From: an uncultured Pseudomonadales bacterium
GTDB lineage: Bacteria; Pseudomonadota; Gammaproteobacteria; Pseudomonadales; Azotimanducaceae
Direction: 5' to 3'
DNA: 64,000 nt
NCBI GenBank assembly: GCA_958296025.1
Contig: OY282430.1
Location: 3,212,477 to 3,276,476 of the forward strand
In this document: positions 6,987 to 16,951 of the stretch, one piece after another
Layout of the letters: each line of letters opens with the position of its first letter
How positions within the stretch are numbered: the stretch's first letter is position 1
Notes under the pieces: model-generated
The model's input: only the letters and a program-made list of their open reading frames with translations
What the model was told of the DNA's origin: nothing
Databases searched by the model: none
Translations under genes and position numbers: made by a program

Positions 6987-9820
6987 GCCGCCAGCCTCTC
7001 ATTCAACTCAGCCAGCAACGGCTTGAGCTGGTCACCAAACAAGACATGGGCTCGACCTAGGCTGCCCTGTTGGCCGAACCAGCCGCTCTCGAAGTCCTCC
7101 GGCTCGATGGCGAGGCTGTTGGCGATGTGTTCGGCCATGCGGTCCAACCATTCGCGCTGTGGCGGGGTGAAGGCGTTGTCCGCGTCGCGTTCTTGCAGCC
7201 AAGCCGCGTAGCGTTCGCGCAAGCCGTCTCGGTACGGCACCAGCGTCAACCGGGGCATCAGGGCGCTGCGCACCAGATTCACCAAGTCAGCCAAGGGTTC
7301 GCCGCCGCGGCCCTGCACACGCTCCGGCGCGGTGGTCTCGAATGCGCGCCAAAGTTGCGTCGGCGTCGCGGCAACAGGTGGGCGGGCGATGGCGTCGCGC
7401 AAGCGGCGCAAGTCCGCCAGCGTCAGTTTGAGCGGGCGTGCGCCGGCGTAGATCACTTGGATGGCGGCCATCTCGTCCTTGTTAGCTTGCAGCCAGGCTT
7501 GGAAGTCCGTCACCGTCGTGCGGGCCTTCTCCACCGCCGCGGCGTCAAAGCCGGAGTGGAGCACTTCGTCAACGGTGTGGCGGTCTATCGTCTGCTCGCG
7601 CTGGCGCTGCATTTCAACAAGACGATGGCGCAGCGCAGGCTTGAGGAAGGGCGTCACCGCGTTTCGGGCAAGCTGCTGGGTCGCGGCTTCGATCTGCCCT
7701 GTTGTCGGTGCCGCAGTGTCGAACTGAGTCTTGGCGGCCTCGGCTTGCGCATCCGGCTCGCCGGTGCGGAGCAGGTCGCGGGCTAAGTCCGGCAGCGGCT
7801 TGTTGTTGGCCAGTTCGCGCAACTCGGCCAGTTCGGTGACGCCGAGCCGGCGTTGCAGGCGGGAGAGGCGGCTGGCCAAGGTGGCCAGCGCATCAGGATC
7901 CAGCCCGCCTCGGGCCACATAGTCCAACACTTGCTTGAGAGACTTGGAGGGCTGCCGGTTGAGCGTTCTCGAATCCGTTCGGTCCTGCTCGCAAACGCCT
8001 ACGGCATCCACGACGATGAAGCGGTCCTTCGCCTTGGCGCTGGGGCTCACGGCGCGGAGTTTGTCCGGCGAAATCACGCGTACGCCGCGGCCCTTCATCT
8101 GCTCGAAGAAGCCGGCGGACTTCACATTGCGCAAAAAGAACACGCACTCGATGGGCTTCACGTCCGTGCCCGTGGCGATCATGTCCACCGTCACTGCGAT
8201 GCGCGGGTGGTAGCTGTTGCGAAAGTTGGCGAGGAGCTCCTCCGGCGTCAGGTCAACCGTCTTTTTCCACTCGAAGGATTGGGCTTCGCCGCCATCTTCA
8301 TTCTTCACCGTGACGGGAACTTTGACGAAGCCGGTGCGGTAGGTGATCTTCTGGCAGAACTCGTTGCCTTCGGCGAACTCCTGCCGCGCCAGGCGCACGA
8401 TGTCGTCGGCGTGGGAGTCGTCCTTGGCGAAGATGAGCGTCTTCGGCACTTCTTTCCGGTCTGGGAATGCGGCGGGCAGCACGGCTTTCCGAAACTCACG
8501 CAGCACGGTGCGGATCTGGCTCACGGCCACCACGTCCCGGTCCACTTGGTTGGCCGTGTAGGTGAGGTCGTCCGCCAACAATTGCAGCCGTTCCTTCCGC
8601 GTCAGCTTGTCGCGCTGTTGCACATACACAGCGCCCGGCGCTGCCGGGATGGTGGCGCCTTCCGCGGTGATGCGGGTGGCGATGCGGTACACGTCGAAGT
8701 CCACGTTCACGCCATCCACCACAGCATCCTCGTGGCCGTACTGCATCACCAAATTCTGGTTGAAAAAGCCGAGTGTCTTGCCGGCGGGCGTCGCCGTGAG
8801 GCCAATCAGAAAGGCATCGAAGTAGAGCAGCACCTGGCTCCACAGGTCGTAGATGGAGCGGTGGCACTCGTCAATGACGATGAAGTCGAAGAACTCCGGC
8901 GGCAACTTGGCGTTGTAGGCGACCGTTGGCGGCTCGCCCTGCCACGGTGCAGCGTCAAAGGCGGAGTCGTCCTCGTTTTCCGCGTCGTATTCGGCATCGC
9001 CCTTGAGCATGGAGAACAGCCGTTGGATCGTGGTGACCACCACCTTCGCCGCCGGGTTGATGGCGTTGGCACCGAGGTGCTGCACGGTGTAGAGCTCGGG
9101 GAACTTGCGTGCGTCGTCCGGCGGGGCGAAGTTGGCGAACTCATCATGCGCCTGCCGGCCGAGGTTGTTGCGGTCCACCAAAAACAGGATGCGCTTGGCG
9201 TCCGCGTATTTCAGAAGGCGGTAGGCGATGTTCACGGCGGTGAAGGTCTTGCCGGAACCGGTGGCCATTTGCATCAACGCCCGCTGGTCCGCCTTGGTGA
9301 ACGACTCTTCAAGGCTGCGGATGGCGCGGGCCTGAGCGGACCACAGACGCGATGCGTCCAAAGGCGGCAGCGCCCTTAACCGGGTGCGTAAGGAACTGGT
9401 CTGCGCCACCCGCCCCGCCAGAGTATCGGGCCGCGGAAAGTTGAAAACCTCCCGACTGCGGGGCCTCGGGTCGCGCAGGTCGGTGAAGCGTGTCACGGCG
9501 CCATTGGATTCGAACAGAAAAGGCAAGGGCCGCTCATGAACGGCAAGGCCATCCGGCATTCCCTGGCTGTACTTTAGGGATTGCGGCTCCACCCCAGTCA
9601 AGGTGCCGGCCGCCTTGGCCTCCACAACGCCGACGGCCATGCGGTCAACGTACAGCATGTAGTCGGCGGTGCCGAAACCCTGCTTCAAGGGAAATTCGGC
9701 AACCGCCACGCCGCGCCCGGCACTTAGATCAAGGTCCTGGCGGCCTTGCACCAACCAACCCGCCGCCTCGAGATTGGCGTCTATGGACCGTCGCGCCTGC
9801 CCCTCGGGTGTGTCGGTCAC
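6983..9820 (-). CDS. hsdR: Type I restriction enzyme R subunit (helicase-nuclease)
   Basis: N-terminal nuclease region (ADYMLYVD...VVEAK), Walker A MATGSGKTF, DEAH box VIDECHRS, 945 aa. GTG start. Confidence 0.95.
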   Translation of the reverse strand: MTDTPEGQARRSIDANLEAAGWLVQGRQDLDLSAGRGVAVAEFPLKQGFGTADYMLYVDRMAVGVVEAKAAGTLTGVEPQSLKYSQGMPDGLAVHERPLPFLFESNGAVTRFTDLRDPRPRSREVFNFPRPDTLAGRVAQTSSLRTRLRALPPLDASRLWSAQARAIRSLEESFTKADQRALMQMATGSGKTFTAVNIAYRLLKYADAKRILFLVDRNNLGRQAHDEFANFAPPDDARKFPELYTVQHLGANAINPAAKVVVTTIQRLFSMLKGDAEYDAENEDDSAFDAAPWQGEPPTVAYNAKLPPEFFDFIVIDECHRSIYDLWSQVLLYFDAFLIGLTATPAGKTLGFFNQNLVMQYGHEDAVVDGVNVDFDVYRIATRITAEGATIPAAPGAVYVQQRDKLTRKERLQLLADDLTYTANQVDRDVVAVSQIRTVLREFRKAVLPAAFPDRKEVPKTLIFAKDDSHADDIVRLARQEFAEGNEFCQKITYRTGFVKVPVTVKNEDGGEAQSFEWKKTVDLTPEELLANFRNSYHPRIAVTVDMIATGTDVKPIECVFFLRNVKSAGFFEQMKGRGVRVISPDKLRAVSPSAKAKDRFIVVDAVGVCEQDRTDSRTLNRQPSKSLKQVLDYVARGGLDPDALATLASRLSRLQRRLGVTELAELRELANNKPLPDLARDLLRTGEPDAQAEAAKTQFDTAAPTTGQIEAATQQLARNAVTPFLKPALRHRLVEMQRQREQTIDRHTVDEVLHSGFDAAAVEKARTTVTDFQAWLQANKDEMAAIQVIYAGARPLKLTLADLRRLRDAIARPPVAATPTQLWRAFETTAPERVQGRGGEPLADLVNLVRSALMPRLTLVPYRDGLRERYAAWLQERDADNAFTPPQREWLDRMAEHIANSLAIEPEDFESGWFGQQGSLGRAHVLFGDQLKPLLAELNERLAA

Positions 9821-10213
9821 GGCGGTGCGTTGGGAGGCGGCACTGGGCGATGCACCGGGAACTTCCTGTTGGCGGTGGCGGCCCTACGCAGCAGCATGAC
9901 CATCGTGGCGGAGCGAATGGGCTGCACTCTGTTCATTGCCCCTCTTAAAGCACCTATTTTCCGCCAATTGGCGGGCAGCCAGGCCACTATAAGGACTCTG
10001 GGTGCATATCTCCAATCCTGCCGACGGGCGGCAAAGACTTCATCGAAATCGTTCAGTGGCCAGACGTCGGGATGGGAGGGCATCTCCAAAGCCGGGGGCC
10101 ATTTCGCGCAGCGGCGGTTCTGGATACCTGCCGTGCTCCATCATCGCCAGACGTGCCGACCGGCTCAGCTCTCAACGAGATGGGAAGGCGTCATGCGTAT
10201 TTCAATGTGCTTG

Positions 10214-11269
10214 TCAGGCATCTAAGCGGGCGAGGAATTCCCGCCCCGTCTCGCAGCGCACGATCAGCTCGCCAATTTCCTCAAGGTGGTCGGAGTCCGC
10301 GACGTCCTCCAGCAACTCCGCAGCGCGGTCAGCGGTGTCCTCACCGAACCGCACAGTCGCCAATCGGCGCAGCAGCGCCCGCTGGCGCTCAAGCCCCTGC
10401 TCAAGGCCCTGCTCGCGGCCCTGCTCAAGGCCCTGCTCGCGGCCCTGCTGAATCCACGGCTTGGGCCACTCCGCCACACGCTCCTCAAGGCTCATCTCAT
10501 CAAGCGTCATCCTCACATCCTCCAAGTCCAAGCCCGGAGGCGGCGAATCCGCCGCCTCCGGCTGCAACCGCCGCGCCAGCCGCCACAGCCAGTCCGCAAA
10601 CGCACGGCGCAACTCCGCATCCCCCGGCTCCCGCAGCCAGCCCTGCAGCGACGCCGCCACCAGGCGCAGGTCCTCCGGAGAACGGCTGCGCTCCATCCGC
10701 GACACCGCGCCGACCAGGTTGCGCAGGGGCAAATCATCTTCCCGCAGACGCTGCAGGTCAACCACCAGATAGCGCTGCGAGGGCTGGTGGGGTGCCAGGG
10801 ACAGCCCCGTCGGCGCCACTAGGTCCCGCACGTCCGTGGCCGCCGACCAGCGCGGCCCACCGTTGTACAGCACCACCGGCAGCACCGGCGGGCGCAGGCC
10901 GCCCGGGCCAAGGCCGCTACGGGAAAGCTCCCGGTACAGCAGCACGGTGTATTCCAGAATGCGCAGCGCCATGTCCGGCTCGCTGCGGGACTGAAACTCC
11001 AAGAGGATCAGGACATGCAGCCAGTCCCCGTCCAAGGGCAGCCGCCACACCGAGTCGCCGAGGCGCTTGCGCAGGTCGTCGCCGACGTACTCGGCGGGGG
11101 CCTTGCGCAAGGCGGGGAAGTCCGCCCGCTGAATCCAGTCGCCCTTGGCGAAGCCGCGCAGCAGGTCCTCCACCATGCGCGGGAAGGCGAAGATGCGCTT
11201 GTAGATTGGGTCGTTCACGGGGCCAAAATAGCCCCATGTCAAGGGCGCGTCTGTACGCCAAGGATGCAT
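10214..11269 (-). CDS. Rpn-family recombination-promoting nuclease / putative transposase (YhgA-like PD-(D/E)XK) with DUF4351-type C-terminal tail
   Basis: DPIYKRIFAFPRMVEDLL, HVLILLEFQSRSEPDMALRILEY, LPVVLYNGGPRW. C-terminal ...LLRRLATVRFGEDT...IVRCETGREFLARLDA. Start taken at ATG 11269 (MHPWRTD...). Confidence 0.85.
   Translation of the reverse strand: MHPWRTDAPLTWGYFGPVNDPIYKRIFAFPRMVEDLLRGFAKGDWIQRADFPALRKAPAEYVGDDLRKRLGDSVWRLPLDGDWLHVLILLEFQSRSEPDMALRILEYTVLLYRELSRSGLGPGGLRPPVLPVVLYNGGPRWSAATDVRDLVAPTGLSLAPHQPSQRYLVVDLQRLREDDLPLRNLVGAVSRMERSRSPEDLRLVAASLQGWLREPGDAELRRAFADWLWRLARRLQPEAADSPPPGLDLEDVRMTLDEMSLEERVAEWPKPWIQQGREQGLEQGREQGLEQGLERQRALLRRLATVRFGEDTADRAAELLEDVADSDHLEEIGELIVRCETGREFLARLDA
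10388..10450. repeat. In-frame tandem repeat (24-nt unit ctgctcaaggccctgctcgcggcc, about 2.5 copies) inside rpn
   Basis: Encodes QGREQGLEQGREQGLEQGLE on the minus strand. Confidence 0.85.
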
Positions 11270-11554
11270 TTTGCGTAGGAGATCGGCGCTTTGACGCTGC
11301 AGGAGGCGCATTGAAGGCAGGTGCATGATTGCTGCGAAGGCGCTCCTGCAGGGAGGGGGCATCGACCGTGCCGAGGCAGATGGCGTCACAGCGAATGCCT
11401 TGGGTGACCGGGACGGGAAACCAGCCCACCGCCTTGCGGGTGTGGCTGGGGAGGTGCTCGCTTTTTATGTTGTGCAGGTGGACATGTTCTCCAAGTGTAG
11501 CGCCCCGCCAGCAAAAACAGTCGAAGTCCCCATGCTCCATCGCTGGTCAGCGAT

Positions 11555-12382
11555 TCAGCTTCCTTGGGGTCCACCGAGCGGGCCAGTGGAGGCGCGATGG
11601 CCCAAGGCGTCGGAAATATCTGTTGCGGCTGCGGCCAAGTGTTGCCGGGCCTGCTCAAGGTCAACCTTGTGGGAGCTGTCCAGATGCTCCAGGAAGGGCA
11701 CCACCAAGGCGGCGCTGATGGTGCCGGAGTAATCGAATACCGGGTAGCCGATGTCCTTCACCCCCTGCACCTGCTCGCTTTCGACCACCTCAAAGCCTTG
11801 CTTCAACACAAGGCTGAGGGCCTGTTTCAACTCGGCGCGGTGTACGGGGGGCTTCGGCCTAGCCTCGTTAAGCATCCGCCGCCGCTCCTCCAGGCTGGAG
11901 AAGGCCAGCAGAATGCGACCGGAGCAACTGTTAGCCAAGGACGCATCCGCCCCCAAGCGGACGTTGAGGCCGCGGTCCGCCGGGCTGCTTTGCTGCACCA
12001 CGACGATGCCCCGGCCTTGGTAGTGGATGACCAGATGGCAGGACTGCTCAATGGTTTGGACCAGCTTGGACATGGCCGGCGCGGCGGCGCTGGACAGGCG
12101 CTGAATGCGGGGTTGGCGATGGGTCAGGGCGAACAGCTTCAGCGTCATGCCATAGGTTTCGGACTCGCGGTCCAAGTAGATGTAGTCCCGGTCGTTCAGC
12201 ACCACCAGCATGCGGAAGATCTCGCCCTTGGAGCGCCCCAGTTTGTCAGCGATTTGCCCCAAGGAAAGGCGGCCGGGTTCGGAGGCCATCAGTTCCAAAA
12301 TGTCGAGACCTTTGGCCAAGGCTGGGGCAGTATAGGTTTTTCGTCTTGTTGCCGGGGCTGCCATTGCGGGACCCTCACTCAA
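11555..12382 (-). CDS. IclR-family transcriptional regulator
   Basis: N-terminal wHTH ALAKGLDILELMASEPGRLSLGQIADKLGRSKGEIFRMLVVL plus a C-terminal effector-binding region. Confidence 0.85.
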   Translation of the reverse strand: MSEGPAMAAPATRRKTYTAPALAKGLDILELMASEPGRLSLGQIADKLGRSKGEIFRMLVVLNDRDYIYLDRESETYGMTLKLFALTHRQPRIQRLSSAAAPAMSKLVQTIEQSCHLVIHYQGRGIVVVQQSSPADRGLNVRLGADASLANSCSGRILLAFSSLEERRRMLNEARPKPPVHRAELKQALSLVLKQGFEVVESEQVQGVKDIGYPVFDYSGTISAALVVPFLEHLDSSHKVDLEQARQHLAAAATDISDALGHRASTGPLGGPQGS

Positions 12383-12402
12383 TCCGGGAATCAGCTTAGC
12401 CC

Positions 12403-13560
12403 ATGACCGCCGCCAAGTACATCAACCGGGAGCTCTTGGCCACCTTCGCAGTGACCTTGCTGGTGCTGTTCGCGGTGGCGGTGGGCGGGCGCTTCATCGG
12501 CTACCTGCAGGATGCGGCGGTTGGCAAGTACGCCGCCAACAGCCTGCTCACCGTCATGGGCCTGCGGCTGCCGGGCTTTTTGCAGTTGATCGTCCCCTTC
12601 GCCTCCTACATCGCCCTGCTGCTGACCTTAGGGCGAATGCACGCGGAACAGGAAATGGCCGTGCTGCAAAGCTGCGGCGTCGGCCTCGGGCGGCTGCTGG
12701 GCTGGACCTTGGCGCCCTTGGCGCTGGTGGCGGGCGTGGTGGCCTGGCTTTCCCTGACGCTAACGCCGGCAAACAACGCCGCCTTAGACCGTTTCGTGCT
12801 GGAGCAGCGCACCAAGGCTGGGTTCGACCGTGTGCAGCCGGGCTTGTTTCAAGTCTCCAACGGAGGACGGCGGGTCACCTACGCGGAGAGCCTCGGCGAA
12901 GATGGCCGCACCCTGAACGAAGTGTTCATATCCGAGTATGGCGATGGGGACGCAGTGGCCAGCATCTGGGCCAAGCACGGTGAACAGTATGTGGATGAGG
13001 AAACCGGCAGCCGCTTTCTGGTGCTGGAGGAAGGGATGCGGCTGGCGCTAGGGGGCGGCGCAGCAAAAGACGAAGGCGCTAGCAAACCGCGGCAATTGAT
13101 TCGCTTCGCCTCCTTGGGCCGGAAGATCGACGTAGGGGCGGCAGTGTTGCGGATGAAAGAGGATGCCCAGCCCACCGCCAGCCTTTGGCGCCGCGACGAC
13201 GCGGCGGCGGCGGCGGAACTGCATTGGCGCATCGCCCTGCCCCTGTTTTGCCTCATCAGCGCTCTGATCGCCCTTGGAGTGTCGCCCGTCAAACCCCGCC
13301 AGGGACGGTTTGGCCGCATCGTGCCAGGGGTGCTCATCATGCTCGGTTACTACCTTGCCCTGCTGGCCAATCAAAATGTCCTCGTAGATGGTTATTTGCC
13401 GCCGGCGTTCGGCCTCTGGCCGGCCCATGCGCTGTTTGCGGCGGTGGCCGCGGCTTTGGTTTGGAAGGCGCATCCGATTAGGCCCTTGCGCCCAGACCGT
13501 AGCGCATGGCGTGTCCCGACGACGCACGCGGGATCGACCACTTGCGGAACCAAGGGCTAG
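12403..13560 (+). CDS. lptF: LPS export ABC transporter permease LptF
   Basis: YINRELLATF start, multi-TM profile with a central periplasmic domain, directly followed by lptG. Confidence 0.9.
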   Translation: MTAAKYINRELLATFAVTLLVLFAVAVGGRFIGYLQDAAVGKYAANSLLTVMGLRLPGFLQLIVPFASYIALLLTLGRMHAEQEMAVLQSCGVGLGRLLGWTLAPLALVAGVVAWLSLTLTPANNAALDRFVLEQRTKAGFDRVQPGLFQVSNGGRRVTYAESLGEDGRTLNEVFISEYGDGDAVASIWAKHGEQYVDEETGSRFLVLEEGMRLALGGGAAKDEGASKPRQLIRFASLGRKIDVGAAVLRMKEDAQPTASLWRRDDAAAAAELHWRIALPLFCLISALIALGVSPVKPRQGRFGRIVPGVLIMLGYYLALLANQNVLVDGYLPPAFGLWPAHALFAAVAAALVWKAHPIRPLRPDRSAWRVPTTHAGSTTCGTKG

Positions 13561-13566
13561 GCGTGG

Positions 13567-14658
13567 ATGCAGCCCCTATCCCGACTCGACCGCTACCTGT
13601 GCCGCTCCGCTCTGACCGCGGCGGCGACGGTGCTGTTGGCGCTGCTAAGCCTGATCGCCTGTTTCGCCCTATTCGAGGAGCTTGACGAGAGACAGGGCGC
13701 CTATGGGCTGGCGGCGGCGACTTGGTACGTCCTCCTAACCCTGCCCAGACGCACCTATGAAATTCTGCCCTATGTTCTCTTTCTCGGCAGCCTCATCAGC
13801 CTCGGCCGCTTGGCCGCCCAATCGGAACTGGTGGCGATGCGGGCCGCCGGAGTCTCCGTCCACCGGCTGGGCGGGGCCTTGGCTTGGCCGGTGGGTTTGG
13901 CTTGGCTGCTCGGTGCAGCGGTGGACGAATGGGCGGTACCGGCCAGCGAGGCCCTGGCGGAGTCGCACAAAGCCCGAGTTCTGCACGGCAACCAACACAT
14001 CGAACCACGCGGCGGCTACTGGTACCGGGAAGGTCCGCTGTACATGCATGTGCAAGCCTTGGACGACGATGGTGGCCTGTTGGGCGTGCGCCAATACTGG
14101 CTGAACGAAGACGGTGGGCTCGGGTTGACCCGGCTGGCGGCGCGGGCCGAATACCAAGGCGTGGACGCCGATGGTGGCGGGCGCTGGCTGCTGCGCGACG
14201 GCACCCAAACCACGCTGGGCGACGAACGGGCCGCGCTTGATGCCTTCGGGCAGCTGGCATGGCGCAGCCAGCTCGACCCGGCGCTGCTAAGCGAAAGGGT
14301 CTTGGTGGATGCCGACAAGCTGTCCCTGTCGGACCTGCGCCGGCAAATCCTCTACATGGAGCGCGAAGGGCTGGACGCCACCAGCCAACGCCTCGCCTTG
14401 TGGAGCAAGTATTTTCAACCGGTCGCCACCCTTGGCTTGGCGATGTTAGCCTTGGCCTTCGTGCTGGGGCCCCTGCGCGAATTGGGCGCCGGGGTGCGGG
14501 TCACCGTCGGCGTCATCGTCGGCCTGTGCTTCAAGTACCTACAGGATCTGTTCGCGCCCATGAGCGCCGTTTACGAACTGCCCGCACCACTCGCCGTCGG
14601 CCTGCCCATCGCCTTGTGCTGGGCCGTCGCTATCTGGGGCATCCGCCGCGCGGCTTAA
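13567..14658 (+). CDS. lptG: LPS export ABC transporter permease LptG
   Basis: LSRLDRYLCRS start, same YjgP/YjgQ topology, adjacent to lptF. Confidence 0.9.
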   Translation: MQPLSRLDRYLCRSALTAAATVLLALLSLIACFALFEELDERQGAYGLAAATWYVLLTLPRRTYEILPYVLFLGSLISLGRLAAQSELVAMRAAGVSVHRLGGALAWPVGLAWLLGAAVDEWAVPASEALAESHKARVLHGNQHIEPRGGYWYREGPLYMHVQALDDDGGLLGVRQYWLNEDGGLGLTRLAARAEYQGVDADGGGRWLLRDGTQTTLGDERAALDAFGQLAWRSQLDPALLSERVLVDADKLSLSDLRRQILYMEREGLDATSQRLALWSKYFQPVATLGLAMLALAFVLGPLRELGAGVRVTVGVIVGLCFKYLQDLFAPMSAVYELPAPLAVGLPIALCWAVAIWGIRRAA

Positions 14659-14772
14659 CGGCGGCACATGGTCTAGGGCCTTTTTTTGCCCCATTGCGAC
14701 CAACGAACGCAGCGAAAGCCGCTGCAGGCGATTGATTGGGCTTCGCGCCGATGCACTAGTGGAAACGCCTTG

Positions 14773-15204
14773 TCATGGTGCCTGACGCACAATCCGGCTG
14801 TGGCTGAGCAGGTCCGGCCAAGTTCGTCCCTGGCGGTCAAACAAGGCCCAAAGATAGCCCAGCCCCAAGGCGGCGAAGGCCGCCAAGGCACCGAACAGGC
14901 GCAGCATCGCTTGGTTGAGGCTGATGGGCCCGCCGATATCGGACACCAAGCGCAGCCGCCAAGCCCGCATCCCCGCGGTCTGCCCGCCGGTGCGCCAGAA
15001 ATAGACGAAGAAAGTGACCAACTCCAGGAACAGCAGGCTCTGAACGGGGGCGCCATACACCGCCTCACCGCCGTTGGCGACCACCATGAGCAGTAAGGTC
15101 AGCAGCCAAATGGCCAGCACCAGCAGGCCGTCATAGACCATCGCCGCGACGCGAGGCCAAAGCCCCGCCGGCGCCTCCGGACGAAGCGGTGGCACTGTCG
15201 CCAT
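14773..15204 (-). CDS. RDD-family membrane protein
   Basis: 143 aa, three hydrophobic segments. N-terminal GLWPRVAAMVYDGLLVLAIW and C-terminal ALFDRQGRTWPDLLS are typical of RDD domains. Confidence 0.65.
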   Translation of the reverse strand: MATVPPLRPEAPAGLWPRVAAMVYDGLLVLAIWLLTLLLMVVANGGEAVYGAPVQSLLFLELVTFFVYFWRTGGQTAGMRAWRLRLVSDIGGPISLNQAMLRLFGALAAFAALGLGYLWALFDRQGRTWPDLLSHSRIVRQAP

Positions 15205-15435
15205 CTAAGGCGCCGTCCGGCCGGTGCGCATGATCGCAGAGCGGGCCGCTCGGCCGGCGCCAATTGGGGATGCCCCGCGAAGCCTACCGTCGCTTTGCGG
15301 CCCTTGGTGACGGCGCCAGCCATCTCCTGGGCACCCGGCCTTGCTGCAAAACCGCTGACCGGCGCTAAAACGATACGCATTAACCCGAAAGGACACCCGC
15401 TGATGGGCTGACGCGGTGCCGGTCACAGCAGGGCT

Positions 15436-16896
15436 TCAGGACACAAAATGGGCGCGGCCACCATCCAAGTACACGGAATTGCCGCAGAACTCCTCCCGGG
15501 TCATCGCATCCAAAACATCGGCGTCCCGGCAGTTGGCCCAAGCCCGTTCACCCCCATCCAAGCGGGCGGCGATGTGGGCCAACTCCGGGCCTTCGCCCTG
15601 GTACATGACCGCGTAGCCCTCCACCGTCGCGCCACCCTTGTGGTCCTCCACCAACTGCCGGAACGGCAGAGCGTCCACTTCCGCCTGCGGCGCAGCGTGT
15701 TGAAACGGTTGCCGCGGCGGTTCCGAGCTGTAGATGCCGAAGGCGTGCTTGGTGAGGAAGCCGCCGTTGCCCGATATCAGGCCCTTTTTGCCGGGCGTCG
15801 TGCGCAGCAGTTCCGCCATCCGGGCGATGGAGTGCATGACGTAACTGTTCAGCGGTCCCCCGGCGAAAGTCATGCCGCCGGTCACCGTCAGGGGCTCGGC
15901 GGGGTCCAAACCCAGCTCCGCCGCCGCCACCTGCACGGCGATGGGGAAGCAACTGTAAAGATCCACCCAGTCCAAGTCATGGGGCGCTAGGCCGGCCATC
16001 TCCAAAGCCCGTCCGCCAGCGATGCGGATGGCCGGGGAGCTGTACAGGTTGTCCCGATTGGAGACGAAATTGTGGTCGCGGGCGTCAGCACCCGCCCAAG
16101 GATAAACCCGCTTCTGCCGGTCGATGCCCAGGGCGGAGGCCTTGCGCTCCGAGCAAAGGATCAGCGCGGCGGCCTGATCCACCTTGTTGTTGGAATTCAT
16201 CAGCTTGGGATAGGGGTGGGAGACCGGGCGGTTGGCAGGCGAAGGCGTGCGGATCTCCTCGGCGCTTTTCGCATCGCGCAGCCAAGCATGGGGGTTTTCG
16301 GCGGCCACGGCGCTGAAGCCGGCCCACAGCTGTGCAATGCGCTGCAGGTGCTGCCCAACCCCTTCACCGAGATGATGGCGGTGGGCGGTTTCCATGATCG
16401 GGTACATGTGGGTGGGGCGAACGATGTCCAGCGTCACCTCCCGCGGATGGCTCATCGGGACCTCCTCGCCGATTTGCAGGTCGGGCGTTCCGTTGACATC
16501 CCGCCACTTGACCTTCATCCCCGCCCGCCGCGCCTTGGCTTGGCTGTAACCGCACTCCGCGCTGGTGATGAGGATGACCTCATGCTCCCCGGACTGAATT
16601 TCCAAGGCGGAGCGGTTGACCACGCTTTGCACCATGTTGCCGCCGTAGGGGGTGATGGCGGTCTGCGCCCGGCTGTTGCCGAACGCCTCGCACAGCGCCT
16701 TGGCGGGATTTTGGTAGCGCCACCAGCCGCGAATCACCCGCACAGATCCGGCTTGGGCCAAAAGCGTCGGCTGCCCCGCATCCTCCGCCGCTAGGCGGCA
16801 GGCGTCGATCATCAGATCAATGGGCTCCTTGCCCTCCGCCGGGTTTTGGATGCGCTGACTGACTTGGCCCACGCCCACCAATACCGGTGTTTCCAT
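15436..16896 (-). CDS. Thiolase-like protein (acetyl-CoA acetyltransferase family)
   Basis: METPVLVGVGQVSQR start, thiolase-like fold signatures across ~486 aa (LYSCFPIAVQ, GGMTFAGGPLNSY). ATG 16896 is preferred over TTG 16914. Confidence 0.75.
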   Translation of the reverse strand: METPVLVGVGQVSQRIQNPAEGKEPIDLMIDACRLAAEDAGQPTLLAQAGSVRVIRGWWRYQNPAKALCEAFGNSRAQTAITPYGGNMVQSVVNRSALEIQSGEHEVILITSAECGYSQAKARRAGMKVKWRDVNGTPDLQIGEEVPMSHPREVTLDIVRPTHMYPIMETAHRHHLGEGVGQHLQRIAQLWAGFSAVAAENPHAWLRDAKSAEEIRTPSPANRPVSHPYPKLMNSNNKVDQAAALILCSERKASALGIDRQKRVYPWAGADARDHNFVSNRDNLYSSPAIRIAGGRALEMAGLAPHDLDWVDLYSCFPIAVQVAAAELGLDPAEPLTVTGGMTFAGGPLNSYVMHSIARMAELLRTTPGKKGLISGNGGFLTKHAFGIYSSEPPRQPFQHAAPQAEVDALPFRQLVEDHKGGATVEGYAVMYQGEGPELAHIAARLDGGERAWANCRDADVLDAMTREEFCGNSVYLDGGRAHFVS

Positions 16897-16951
16897 GTAC
16901 GTCCTGACTATCAAGCTAAAGGCGGGAATGATAGCGCCTTACAATTCCCTC

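Noticed and set aside
7853-9379. 508-aa plus-strand ORF antisense to hsdR
   Set aside because: It is an antisense shadow ORF with low-complexity V/G/A/R/H composition. hsdR on the other strand has clear helicase motifs.
9817-10089. 90-aa minus-strand ORF (TTG start; internal ATG at 10083) whose stop overlaps the hsdR GTG start (GTGA)
   Set aside because: The coupling geometry is tempting, but there is no recognisable motif. It uses rare codons (aga, ata, tta) atypical for this genome. It is more likely the hsdR promoter/leader region, and is left as unproven.
10072-11328. 418-aa plus-strand ORF antisense to rpn, extremely Pro/Ala/Arg-rich
   Set aside because: It is a shadow ORF, and the Rpn reading frame on the minus strand carries family motifs.
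14659-14772. GGGCC-T7-GCCCC sequence after lptG, considered as a rho-independent terminator
   Set aside because: The T-run sits in the loop rather than after the stem, and the stem is only 4-5 bp. It is not convincing.
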